Positions 9,905 to 20,200 of a stretch of 64,000 nucleotides of DNA are shown one piece after another. Every line of letters starts with the position of its first letter. Position 1 is the stretch's first letter. The notes below the pieces were generated by a model that worked only from the letters and a program-made list of their open reading frames with translations, was not told where the DNA came from and did no database searches. The translations under genes and the position numbers were made by a program. The DNA comes from an uncultured cyanobacterium (GTDB lineage Bacteria; Cyanobacteriota; Cyanobacteriia; PCC-9006; JAAUQQ01): assembly GCA_963718615.1 (NCBI GenBank), contig OY970368.1:2624001-2688000 (forward strand). Direction: 5' to 3'.

Positions 9905-10357
9905 ATGCTACAGGCCAAAGTCGGAGATACCGTAACGGTTCACTATACGGGAAAGCTCCAAGACGGAACTGTTTTTGATTCCTCAGATGGCCGCGAACCG
10001 CTAGCATTTCAGCTCGGTGCAGGGCAAGTGATTCCTGGATTTGAACAGGCGATCGTCGGCATGAGCGTGGGAGATTCGCTCACCCAAAATATCCCCTGTG
10101 CTCAAGCCTATGGTCCTCGTAGTGATGAAATGGCCTTTAAGGTCGATCGCCAACAGGTCCCCCCGGAAGTCCCGTTACAGCTCGGTCTTCAGCTTCAATT
10201 ACAAGACCCTGCGGGCAATCCCGTACCTGTGATGGTTGTGGAATTAACGGATGAATATGTCGTGCTGGATGCTAATCACCCCCTTGCTGGGGAAGATCTG
10301 ACGTTTGAGATTGAATTGGTCAATCTAGATGCAGGTCCTTCAGGTTTGATTCTTTAA
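9905..10357 (+). CDS. FKBP-type peptidyl-prolyl isomerase (SlyD/SlpA-like)
   Basis: VHYTGKL.DGTVFDSS, VIPGFE, LDANHPLAG. Confidence 0.92.
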   Translation: MLQAKVGDTVTVHYTGKLQDGTVFDSSDGREPLAFQLGAGQVIPGFEQAIVGMSVGDSLTQNIPCAQAYGPRSDEMAFKVDRQQVPPEVPLQLGLQLQLQDPAGNPVPVMVVELTDEYVVLDANHPLAGEDLTFEIELVNLDAGPSGLIL

Positions 10358-10395
10358 GGAAGCTGGCTCAGTCGGTATTGCTCAAGCGTAACTCA

Positions 10396-10446
10396 GGTTG
10401 AGACAAGAAACCCAACAGGCCAGGTCTAGTTAAGCTTGTTGGGTTT
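10396..10446. repeat. REP-like palindrome, copy A (likely also a bidirectional terminator)
   Basis: aaacccaacaggc...gcttgttgggttt; same arms as at 16920-16954. Confidence 0.75.
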
Positions 10447-10496
10447 TGCTTTTTTATGTTTTTATGTCTGTTATATTTGTGATGTGTGAAAGAGGC

Positions 10497-11861
10497 TTAA
10501 CTTTCGCAAATCTTAGATTGTTCTACCTTGTTGTTGAATTCTATAGGTTGTGTGAAAAAACGCTGAGTCAAAAAAACTGTTAGAGTTGCCATATAGCCAC
10601 TTAAGGCTAACCATAACCAAACATTGCTTTGCGTATATCTGGCCCAAATTGCCAATGGCAAAAAGCCAAGGCCAAACCCCCAAAAGGCACCATTTCGTAA
10701 AATAACTCCCTGCTTTCGCCCGAGGAAATAGCCTTCTAACATAAACGCTAAGGCAGTCAATCCTAAAAGCGGTAGAAGCCAAACCCGGTCCCTGACGATC
10801 GCCCCCTGCAAATCCCCATGATTTGTGAGTAAACCAAACACCGTTTGTGGAAATAGAATCGCAATACCGCCAATCGTCAAAACAATCAAGAGCGCATGGG
10901 CGATCGCCGTCAGCAACAATGGATTCATTAACGCCAATTGCCCCCGACCTTCACAGGAAGCGATCAGGGTTTGCAGTGTCAGCCCGACGCCTTGGACGGT
11001 AAACTGACTCAACATGGCCACTTGCAACAACAGACCATTGGCTGCCAAAATTTCGGTTCCCAGCGCAGCACTCCAATTGGTAAAAATGGCATAGGTTGAA
11101 ATCAGCAACACAAAGCGGATCAAGACGTTGCCTTTAAAAATCAAGATTCCCTTAAGCACGCTCCAATCCAAAATCTCCGGTAATGCAGCTTTGAAGGCGG
11201 TCCGATCCACCGTCATTGCCACCACCACCAAACCGACTACAAGGGCTAAATACTGGCTCAGAGCCGTTGCCCAACCGGCCCCCGCACTCGCCCAGCCCCA
11301 ACGATTAATCATCCAATAGTCCAACAGCACATTGGAGCCATTGCCCACCAAGGAGATGAGCAAAATTGCGGTCGTCATTTCCTGACCCAAAAGCCACCCC
11401 AGCAGGACAAAATTTAAGAGTACCGCCGGTGCGCCCCAAATTCGCCCATTGAAATAGTCCAAGCCAGCGGTTTCAATCGCCTGAGAACCGGACAGAATGG
11501 CAAAGCCTAATTCACGGATTGGGTATTGCAACAGCAAAATTAAGCAGGCGATCGCCAAAGCAATCAGTCCACTGCGCAAAAGGGCTAACCCAACCCCCTT
11601 GGCATCCTTTTGTCCGGCAGCTTGGGCCGTAATTGCATTGGTACTGTTGCGTAGAAACTTGAGAATTCGGTACAGATAGTCAAATAAAATACTTCCTAGA
11701 ATCACTCCCCCCAAGTAGCGAAGATCGGTGAGGTGGCCTAAAAAAGCAGTATCACAAAGTCCTGCCAACGGAACCATCAAATTGGACAACGTAGTGGCGA
11801 TCGCCAATTGATAAAACCGAGGCAAAACACTGCGATAGTCAGCAGACAGAGAAGCAAGCAT
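10497..11861 (-). CDS. MATE family efflux transporter (DinF-like)
   Basis: LSNLMVPLAGLCDTAFLGHL; about 12 TMs; start placed at ATG 11861. Confidence 0.9.
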   Translation of the reverse strand: MLASLSADYRSVLPRFYQLAIATTLSNLMVPLAGLCDTAFLGHLTDLRYLGGVILGSILFDYLYRILKFLRNSTNAITAQAAGQKDAKGVGLALLRSGLIALAIACLILLLQYPIRELGFAILSGSQAIETAGLDYFNGRIWGAPAVLLNFVLLGWLLGQEMTTAILLISLVGNGSNVLLDYWMINRWGWASAGAGWATALSQYLALVVGLVVVAMTVDRTAFKAALPEILDWSVLKGILIFKGNVLIRFVLLISTYAIFTNWSAALGTEILAANGLLLQVAMLSQFTVQGVGLTLQTLIASCEGRGQLALMNPLLLTAIAHALLIVLTIGGIAILFPQTVFGLLTNHGDLQGAIVRDRVWLLPLLGLTALAFMLEGYFLGRKQGVILRNGAFWGFGLGFLPLAIWARYTQSNVWLWLALSGYMATLTVFLTQRFFTQPIEFNNKVEQSKICES

Positions 11862-12102
11862 AAACTGACCTGGATCGAGGCGTAACCCAAGACCATACAC
11901 TACGACCGAAACCTTTCAACGCTGTTTAAATAACATTCATTACGAAAGCCAGCTCGGAGAGTTCGTCCTGAGAGTTTATTGAATCTTGAAAGAGCGGGGG
12001 GCGATCGCCTCCGGGCTTTCTCGGATAATAAGGAACGATGTAGAGAGGGCTGCAATCGCTAGCAGGATCCACAACTCAGGGCCACCAAGGACCATACCGA
12101 CC

Positions 12103-13077
12103 ATGGTCAAGACATCTGAATCGCCGATGATGCCTCGCGATCGCCGCCGTGAGGTGTATCACTGTCTCCTGCGCGACCACTTGGCCCGCCGGGGGCGTCA
12201 TGCTATGGAGGCAATGTTACTGGCGGATCTTCGCAAAACGCTGAAAATTTCCGAAGCGGAGCACCAAGCCATGGTGGAGGTTAGCCGTAGCGTTTGGGCT
12301 GAAGACCCTAGCCTCCCAGCCTCCCAACGGTCTGTGTCTCCTCCCCAGGTCAATCGCAGTACTTTGCCCTTGACGGCTCAGCTCTGTACGCAGTTAACCG
12401 GGTTGGCCCAACTCTGGATGACGGGTGCCCAGGTTTCGGCTCCGTGGCAGCCCGCGATCGCCGGGTTTGTCGAGTTTCTTCGCTGGACACTGTATCGGGC
12501 TAGCTTGGTGCATTCATCGACGCAATCAGCACAATCAACACAATCAGCTCAATCGATACAACGGGTGGTGGAGGTGCTACTGGAGGCGATCGCCCTAGAG
12601 CAGTATCAAGCGATCCTCACCCTGCTGACTGCTGCCGCTGAGATTCAGGGGAATGGTCGGGCGGAGGAATTGGCGATCGCCCTCCGCCATGGGGCTCCGG
12701 AGAATCGGTCCACACTCATGGCTAATCTCACCAGTCAGTGGCAAAATCAACAGCCGCTTCAGCGTTTGCTGGCCAAAATGCAGGTGGTACCAGGGTCAGA
12801 GCTGCCGACGGCGGGGGATCCGAGAACAACGCTCAATCTCTTGCTCAATGTCGCCGATGCCACGATCCAAAGCCTCAGTCTCTACCTTCTGAGCCAACTG
12901 AGTCCAGCGGAAGCCCAGGCCCAGGCGACTCACTTGTTGGCTCATCCGACTCGGCTTGATCCTCTGTTGGCGGAGGTCAGTCAGGCGATCGTGGCGGAGG
13001 GAGGGGCGATCGGATTGGAGGGTTGTCCGCAGTTGCAGGCGTTTCTGTCCATGAACTTTCCCCAGGCCAGGGAATAG
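12103..13077 (+). CDS. Hypothetical helical protein
   Basis: Long open frame; AAGGA upstream of ATG 12103; in-frame 9-bp repeats (STQSAQSTQSAQ). Confidence 0.6.
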   Translation: MVKTSESPMMPRDRRREVYHCLLRDHLARRGRHAMEAMLLADLRKTLKISEAEHQAMVEVSRSVWAEDPSLPASQRSVSPPQVNRSTLPLTAQLCTQLTGLAQLWMTGAQVSAPWQPAIAGFVEFLRWTLYRASLVHSSTQSAQSTQSAQSIQRVVEVLLEAIALEQYQAILTLLTAAAEIQGNGRAEELAIALRHGAPENRSTLMANLTSQWQNQQPLQRLLAKMQVVPGSELPTAGDPRTTLNLLLNVADATIQSLSLYLLSQLSPAEAQAQATHLLAHPTRLDPLLAEVSQAIVAEGGAIGLEGCPQLQAFLSMNFPQARE

Positions 13078-13098
13078 TCAAGTGGACATTCATGGAGG

Positions 13099-15227
13099 TC
13101 AATCCGTCGGCACAAACCCAGCCTTTTCAATCAGAGCTCTGCCTTCACGGGTTTGTAACAGCCGCGCATAGGCTTCCCCCGCCGCCCGCTGATCAGGGGG
13201 TCCATCTTGATCCACAACCACATACAGAATATCCATCAGCTCTGGGGGATAGGCTCCGCTCCGAAACAGGTCGAGGTTAACGCGGTTGCGCTGGGCAGGA
13301 CATTTCTCCGGCGGAATGACCGGATCTTGATAGGGAGAAAGGCGATCGCCCCTCAAAGTCACCACCGTTAGCACCCGGACCGAACACTGGGGCACGAGCA
13401 GCGCCGCCGTATTGATATAAAAACCGCCAGGGCTCAGGGATAACACTTGCAGCGCCTCCTGGGGGGTCTCGACAATTTTGACATTGCCTCCGTTGCAATC
13501 GTCACCGGAAGAAGGCTCCGCTTCCATGGTGTTGGTGCGAGTGTCGCGATCGATCAGCTGGATCGGCAAATCGGGTCCACCGAGCGATCGCCAATTGCGA
13601 ATTTTCCCACTACAAATATCTTTCATTTGAGACACCGTCAGTTCCGCGTCCGGCAACTGCAAACTGGGATGGACCGCGACGACCTTGAAACTCTGGGCCA
13701 CTTTAATCGATTTCACCGTCAGTCCTTGACGCCGAAGTTTATCTGCATTGAGTAGCCGCGAGGCTTGGAGAAAAGCAATTTTGCGCTGCTTCAGGAGCTC
13801 AAACCCAGCCACGGTGCTAGGGATTTGTCCCGGATGCACATAGTTGAGGCGAAACTCGGGATGTTGCTTCTGGATCTCTAAATCGGCAATGCCGCGAATC
13901 GGAGCCCAAGTCGTGCTGCCGCCATAGTTAAAAATTCCACTGGGCACTTCAATCTCTTTAAGATCTCTCCATCGGTTCTCAGGGGGCGGAGAAACAGGGC
14001 TTTTCGGGAGAGAGAAGAAAACGGCGATCGCGCTCACCAGCCCCCCCAGGAGTAAACCACCCATCCCCCAAGGCTTCCAATGCAGAGACTGAACTGCCTG
14101 AGACTGAACTGCCTGAGACTGAACTGCCTGCACGGCCTCCGTCTCATGCTGGGGCCAAGACCAATTGGGCGCAGCGGGATTTTGACAAAGCACCGGTAGC
14201 CAGGAGGCCGAGGGAAACTGATCCTCTAGCCCCTGTAGTTTTTCCTGGGCCATGCGCATGGCCCCATGCAGGGTTTGGCCTTGGGTGAGGGCGGTGAGAA
14301 AATAGCGCAGAAAATGCTGGGCGATAGCATCCGGCACGGGTTCCCGCATCACCACCGCGTAGGGCAAATGGAGCTGCCCCAGTTGCTGAGCCAAGTCTAA
14401 ACCATCGCAGGAATTGAGGATTGCAAGGGTGAGTCCTTGGGCGATCGCCCGTTTAATCCCGTGGGACAGCTCTGTGAAGGATAGGGAATCGGTGGCGTTT
14501 AGATGAATCTGCCCTACCTGATCAGGAACCTGGCAACCGCTATGTCCCGCGAAAAAGAAGATATCCCAAGGCTTCTCCCAAAGCTGCTCTGTAAACAACT
14601 GCCGCGAAGGTTGCTTGAGCACCTGAATCTCCGCATGGGGTAAAGTTTGGAGCCATTGGAGATCGGGCTGGAGATTGAGGCCCGCTTCCTGACCTAGCAC
14701 GGCCAAAATCCGCACAGGTGCTTTTAGGAGTTGAGGTGCAGGGGCGTAGCCGCAGGTGTCAAGGGCAAAGCTCAGCCGAGGTCGTTGCTCAAATAGCGTC
14801 TATAGAAACCAGGGCAAGCGCTGAAGCAGCGGATCTAGAGTTTGCAACACCAAACAAAACAGGCGGACTCGTCACGGGCAATGGTGTCTTGCAGGGAGGC
14901 TCGCAGTTGCCAAAATTCCGTTTGATCGAACCAGTTCAGCAGTGCCCCTCGCAGTTGTGCAGCGGCATCTCGGCAATCTTGCAAACTAGAGAACTGGGTA
15001 GACTGGGACTCGGGTACCCAAATGCGTAGCCCCCTGGAATCCACCTGCCCCCCTGAACCATAGGACTTTCGCCATTGGTTATATTGCTTAGGCAACATTG
15101 GCGCAGGGGGGAGCTTTCCCGGATGGGAGTGGTGGGGCGATCGCCCAGCATCACTCACCTCAACTGTCACAGAAAATCCTTGTTCAAAACTGCCACTGAG
15201 AATTCTGAAGAGGATTATTTTTGACAC
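13099..15227 (-). pseudogene. CHAT (caspase-like) domain + TM + PstS-like binding domain gene, disrupted
   Basis: N-terminal ORF 14835-15227 shifts frame near 14851-14860; the shifted frame reads LQTLDPLLQRLPWFL*TLFEQ with TAG at 14800-14802, then continues in frame into 13099-14715 (FFAGHSG, LNSCDG, YGGSTTWAP). Confidence 0.8.
14085..14129. repeat. 3 x 15-bp perfect in-frame tandem repeat (QAVQS)
   Basis: gagactgaactgcct x3. Confidence 0.9.
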
Positions 15228-15520
15228 GGCTAGGGAAAAAGCAGTGGAAATGACGAGGTTTGAGAATAAATCGAATTTACGGCACCAGGATTAAGGTGAG
15301 ATTAACACATCCGCATGGCTACGGGTTTCTGGACTGCAAAATTATAACAATTTCTAATCTTTCCGAAATTCCCCTAGGTGTTGCTGTGGTCTTGAAACAA
15401 GTTCACGTCTTCACCAGTTCACATATTCGCCAGACACCCCAGTTTTTTGCCGGTTTCTTCCCAGCTTCTTCCCGGTGTCTTGTCTTACCCGGTGTCTTGT
15501 CTCATTTCGGAACACACCCT

Positions 15521-16900
15521 ATGTCCCTGCGAACCTCACAGTTTTTACGCGCCCTCGTTATTGTTTTTATTATCCTGTTGTTGCAAATTCCCACGCTGAT
15601 GGTGCAAGGCCTCGTGCGCGAGCGCCAAAGCCTACGCATGGAAGCGATTAGCGATATCACCGTCAAACGCGGTGCCCAGCAAACCCTGATTGGCCCTCGG
15701 CTAATCATCCCCTACATCAAACGCACCACCGTGGGCACTGGGGATAAGCAAACCACCAAAACCGAAACCCAATACGGTTCATTCTTGCCGAGCGAACTCA
15801 ACATCGACGGTACGCTCACCACCGAGCTGCTCTATCGCGGTATTTTTGAAGTGCCAGTGTATAAGGGAGAGTTGGCGATCGCCGGAACCTTCACCAAGCC
15901 GGACCTCTCTCCCTGGAGCGTCGATCCCAAAGACATCCTCTGGAACAACGCTGAACTAGTCATCGAAATTGCCGATGCCCACGCCATTCAAAACCAGGTC
16001 AAACTGGGCTGGAATGACCAACAAATTGCCTTTGCGCCGGGTCTAGGCAAATATGGCGGCAATTTGAATCCGGGGAATGCGGGCATCTTTGCCAGTCTCA
16101 AGGGCCAAATGACGGCTAATGCATTCAAGTTTAATGTGCCAATTACGCTCAATGGCAGTGAGCGTTTGGCCTTTGCGCCCATGGGTGAACTAACCAAGGT
16201 TAACCTCAAAGCCGATTGGCCTAGCCCCAGTTTTCAGGGGCTTTGGCTCCCCACGGAGCGGGAGACAGGCAGTGAGAATTTCACCGCAACCTGGCAAATT
16301 CCCTCCCTGGGCCGCAACTTCCCTCAGGCTTGGAATACCGACCAGCCCGTAGCGGCGGATGTGATTCAAAATTCGGTCTTCGGCGTTGATTTGATTTCAC
16401 CGGTGGACAACTACCGGATGACCGAGCGAAGTCTCAAGTACAACTTCTTGTTTTTGCTACTGACCTTTGTCACCTTCTGGTTGTTTGAGGCTACAACGCG
16501 GCTGCGGGTCCATCCCCTGCAATACCTGATGGTGGGGGCGGCGATGACGATGTTTTACTTGTTGCAACTGGCATTGTCGGAACACATTGGCTTTGATGCA
16601 GCCTATGCCGTTGCCAGTGGCGCTGTCGTGGTGCTGATTACGGTCTATTCGGTGGCGGTGCTGCGGGCCAAGGGGCGCGGTGGCATTATCGGCGTTCTGG
16701 AGGCTGCGCTCTATGGCTATCTTTACTTTGTCCTGGCCAATGAAAGCTATTCGCTTTTGATTGGGTCGTTGGGGCTATTCGTGTTCTTGGCGATCGCCAT
16801 GTACTTCACCCGCAGCATGGATTGGCTGGAGGGTAGTTTGTCAGGTGAATCATCGAGCGAATCTTCGATCGTTCCACCGACAACACCACCCATTGGGTAG
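15521..16900 (+). CDS. creD: Cell envelope integrity inner-membrane protein CreD
   Basis: LVRERQ, YRGIFEVPVY, WPSPSFQG..LP, YRMTERSLKY, HPLQY, LALSEH; start placed at ATG 15521. Confidence 0.92.
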   Translation: MSLRTSQFLRALVIVFIILLLQIPTLMVQGLVRERQSLRMEAISDITVKRGAQQTLIGPRLIIPYIKRTTVGTGDKQTTKTETQYGSFLPSELNIDGTLTTELLYRGIFEVPVYKGELAIAGTFTKPDLSPWSVDPKDILWNNAELVIEIADAHAIQNQVKLGWNDQQIAFAPGLGKYGGNLNPGNAGIFASLKGQMTANAFKFNVPITLNGSERLAFAPMGELTKVNLKADWPSPSFQGLWLPTERETGSENFTATWQIPSLGRNFPQAWNTDQPVAADVIQNSVFGVDLISPVDNYRMTERSLKYNFLFLLLTFVTFWLFEATTRLRVHPLQYLMVGAAMTMFYLLQLALSEHIGFDAAYAVASGAVVVLITVYSVAVLRAKGRGGIIGVLEAALYGYLYFVLANESYSLLIGSLGLFVFLAIAMYFTRSMDWLEGSLSGESSSESSIVPPTTPPIG

Positions 16901-16954
16901 GTTGGCGTTGAGCAAAGCGAAACCCAACAGGCCAAAGCAAAGCTTGTTGGGTTT
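16897..16954. repeat. GTAG-type REP-like element, copy B
   Basis: GTAGgttggcgttgagcaaagcgaaacccaacaggc...gcttgttgggttt. Confidence 0.75.
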
Positions 16955-17245
16955 TGTGCTGCAATCAACGGGCAGATGCACTACAAATATCCCAAAAGAA
17001 AGAGAACAAGAACAATCACCAACAATGTCCCTATCAATCCCGTTGGTCCATAGCCCCAAGCACGACTATAGGGATAGGCCGGGACAGTCCCGATCAGTAA
17101 CAGAATTAATACGATTAGAAGAATCGTGGACATAAAAATGCCTTGAATTTACGATCCTTCAACTGTACTGACGGTTATTTCGAGGTACGTCCCCCTAACG
17201 GCTGAGGTTGAAAGAATCAAGAGGCGATCGCCCTGCCGATTCTAT

Positions 17246-20200
17246 CTAGAGAGTGAGGAAATCACTCGCGCCAAGACCAGTTGCCGTTACACCCTGAAGC
17301 AGTGCCAGGTTTTCTTGGCCAAGGCGAATTAAGGTATCGCCATTGGACTGAACCAGCGTGAGCTGACCCAACGTCAGGCCATTGGCCAAACCAATGTGAT
17401 CGGTACCGACCTCGAAGTCCGTAATCCAATCGAAGCCCTCGCCCGCTGCCAAGATAAACAGATCCTGACCATCGGGATCTGAGCCCGTCCCCCCCGTGAG
17501 TTGGTCATTACCCGCGCCGCCCCGCAGGATGTCATCGCCGAGACCACCCCAGATCAAGTCATCGCCCACACCGCCCAGGAGTGTGTCATTGCCGCCTTTG
17601 CCACCTATGCGGTCGTTGCCTGCACCCCCATCGATAAAGTCATCGCCTCCCGTAGGACCACCGGGCAGACTTTGGTTCTCATCACCCCGTAGGATGTCAT
17701 CGCCATCGCCACCGAGAATCTTGTCATCCCCAAAACCTCCGGCAATGGTATCGGCAGTTGCAGTTCCCACAAGCGTGTTGGCACTAGCATCGCCAGCAAT
17801 CAGGGGAACCGCATCACCCGCATTGGCGGGGATCAGATCCTGGGGAAACTCGATCCAGGTGTTGTCAATATCAACGAGGTCGTCGCTGCGATCGCCCAAA
17901 TCATTGCCAATCACATTGCCATACACCGTCGCCACATTCACCACCCGACCCCAGGCAATGTCCTCAGCGGTGATGGCGTAGGTTGCCGTGCCCCAACGAC
18001 TTTCACCGGGATTGAGCGGTAGGGCGCTTTGCCATTGGATGGGGCTGAGGCCAGGGATATTGTCGGCGATCGCCACTCCATCAAACCCCCGAGCCCCGCT
18101 ATTCGTCACCTTGAACGTAAACGTAACCACATCCCCCGGCGTCACTACACAATCTGCACCGACGTCCAGATGGCCGTTTTTCTCCAACAGAATTGCAGCC
18201 CCCGCCGTGCTCAAATCAATGGTTTCTGGATCGGTCGCCTCGACGGGCTGGCCTTGGGGTCCCTCACCCGTTACGGTCCCGATATTGGTAAATGTACCCC
18301 CATCGAAATCCGCCTGGGATAGCGTTTTGACATAGGTACCGTTAGCGCTACCGCCGCTCGCCAAATCGTCTACCGCTCCATCCCCATCCAAATCACTCAG
18401 CCCCGTTGTCAGGCGAACTTCAAAGTCATCCAGCGGATCAGCGGGGGTGCCGTTGTCATCGGTCAAGACCAGATTGAACAGATCTACTGGTCCCGAATTG
18501 GTCACAACATAGGTATAGGTCACCTCATCCCCGGCAGCGACAAAGCAGTCGTGATTGGTGTCGGTGATGGCTCCGGCGGTTTTGACCAGTTCAATTGCTG
18601 GGGGCTTCGCCAGCGTCACGGTTTCCTCGTCAGTTTTCGGGGTTAAAACATTGCCATCAGGGTCTTCAGCGGTGCCGGTGACAATGTTGGTGAGCGAACC
18701 CGCATCGATATCAGCTTGGGTTAGCTCATGTTGATAGGTACCCGTAGCAACTTCACCGGGAGTCAGCGTGGTTTTGTCGAGGGTCACAACCACATCATCG
18801 CTGGTATCCGCTGGCGTGCCGTTGTCATCGACGAGCTCGACATTGTTGAGCGTGACACTGCCCGTATTGGTGAAGGTGTAGCTGTAGTTGACTAGATCGC
18901 CCGCATCAATACCATTGCCATCGACATCGGTGAACTCGCCTGGGTCGGCGGCATCCTTGACCGTGCCTGCGGTTTTGGCGATCGCAAAATCAGGTGTCCC
19001 TACAATGGATACCGTTTCCTCATCGGTTTGGGGCAGCAGCGGATTGCCGTTGGGATCTTCAGCGGTGCCGGTGACAATGTTGGTGAGCGAACCGGCATCG
19101 ATATCGGCCTGGGTCAGCTCCCGCTGATAGGTTCCCGTAGCACTTTCGCCAGGGGCTAGGGTAGTTTGGTCGAGGACAATCGTCACGTCATCGCTGGTAT
19201 CCGTCGGCGTCCCGTTGTCGTCAATCAACGCTACATTGCTGAGCGTCACTGCGCCTGTATTAGTGAAGGTGTAGCTGTAGTTGACTAGATCGCCCGCATC
19301 AATGCCATTGCCATCGACATCGGTGAACTCGCCTGCATCAGCGGCATCTGGCACCGTGCCTGCGGTTTTGAGCAGCGTAAACGCCGGAGTTCCTTCAACA
19401 ACAACGGTTTCCTCATCGGTTTTAGGCGGCAGCGGATCGTCGTTGGGATCTTCAGCGGTGCCGGTGACAATGTTGGTGAGCGAACCGGCATCGATATCGG
19501 CCTGGGTCAGCTCTCGCTGGTAGGTTCCCGTGGCCATTTCGCCAGGGGCTAGGGTAGTTTGGTCGAGGACAATCGTTACATCATCGCTGGTATCCGCTGG
19601 CGTCCCGTTGTCGTCAATCAACGCTACATTGCTGAGCGTCACTGCACCCATGTTAGTGAAGGCATAGCTGTAGTTGACCCAATCTCCTGCATCAATACCA
19701 TTGCCATCGACATCGGTGAACTCGCCTGCATCAGCGGCATCTGGCACCGTGCCTGCGGTTTTGAGCAGCGTAAATGCGGCTTCTCCGGCGATCGCCACAG
19801 TCTCTGTATCCTGTTGGGGAGCCAACTGGCGATTCTTGGGATCTTTGGCCGTGCCCGTGACGATGTTGGTGAGCGTGCCGGTATCAATGGTGGCTTGGGT
19901 GAGGACTTGCTGATAGCTGCCTGTGGCGGTTTCACCTGGTAGGAGCGTGGTTTGGTCGAGGGCGATCGCCACATCATCGCTCGTATCCCCCGGTGTACCG
20001 TTGTCATCCACCAGGGTGACTGTATTGAGCGTGACGTTGCCGGTATTGGTAAAGGTATAGCGATAGTTGACGAGATCTCCGGCATCAATGCCATTGCCAT
20101 CCAGATCCGTAAACTCTCCCCCATCCGCAGCATCGCGAAGCGTACCGGCGGTTTTAACAATTTCAAAGTTGGGGCGCTGGGGCAAATTGACCAAGACGGA

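Noticed and set aside
14835-14870. Programmed frameshift in the CHAT gene
   Set aside because: No canonical slippery heptamer, and an independent in-frame TAG follows, favouring pseudogenisation.
15260-15520. Long N-terminal extensions in the ORF track (creD here; also 540, 11900, 11986, 36003, 47929, 48972)
   Set aside because: Extensions lack family similarity; downstream starts fit RBS position or translational coupling better.
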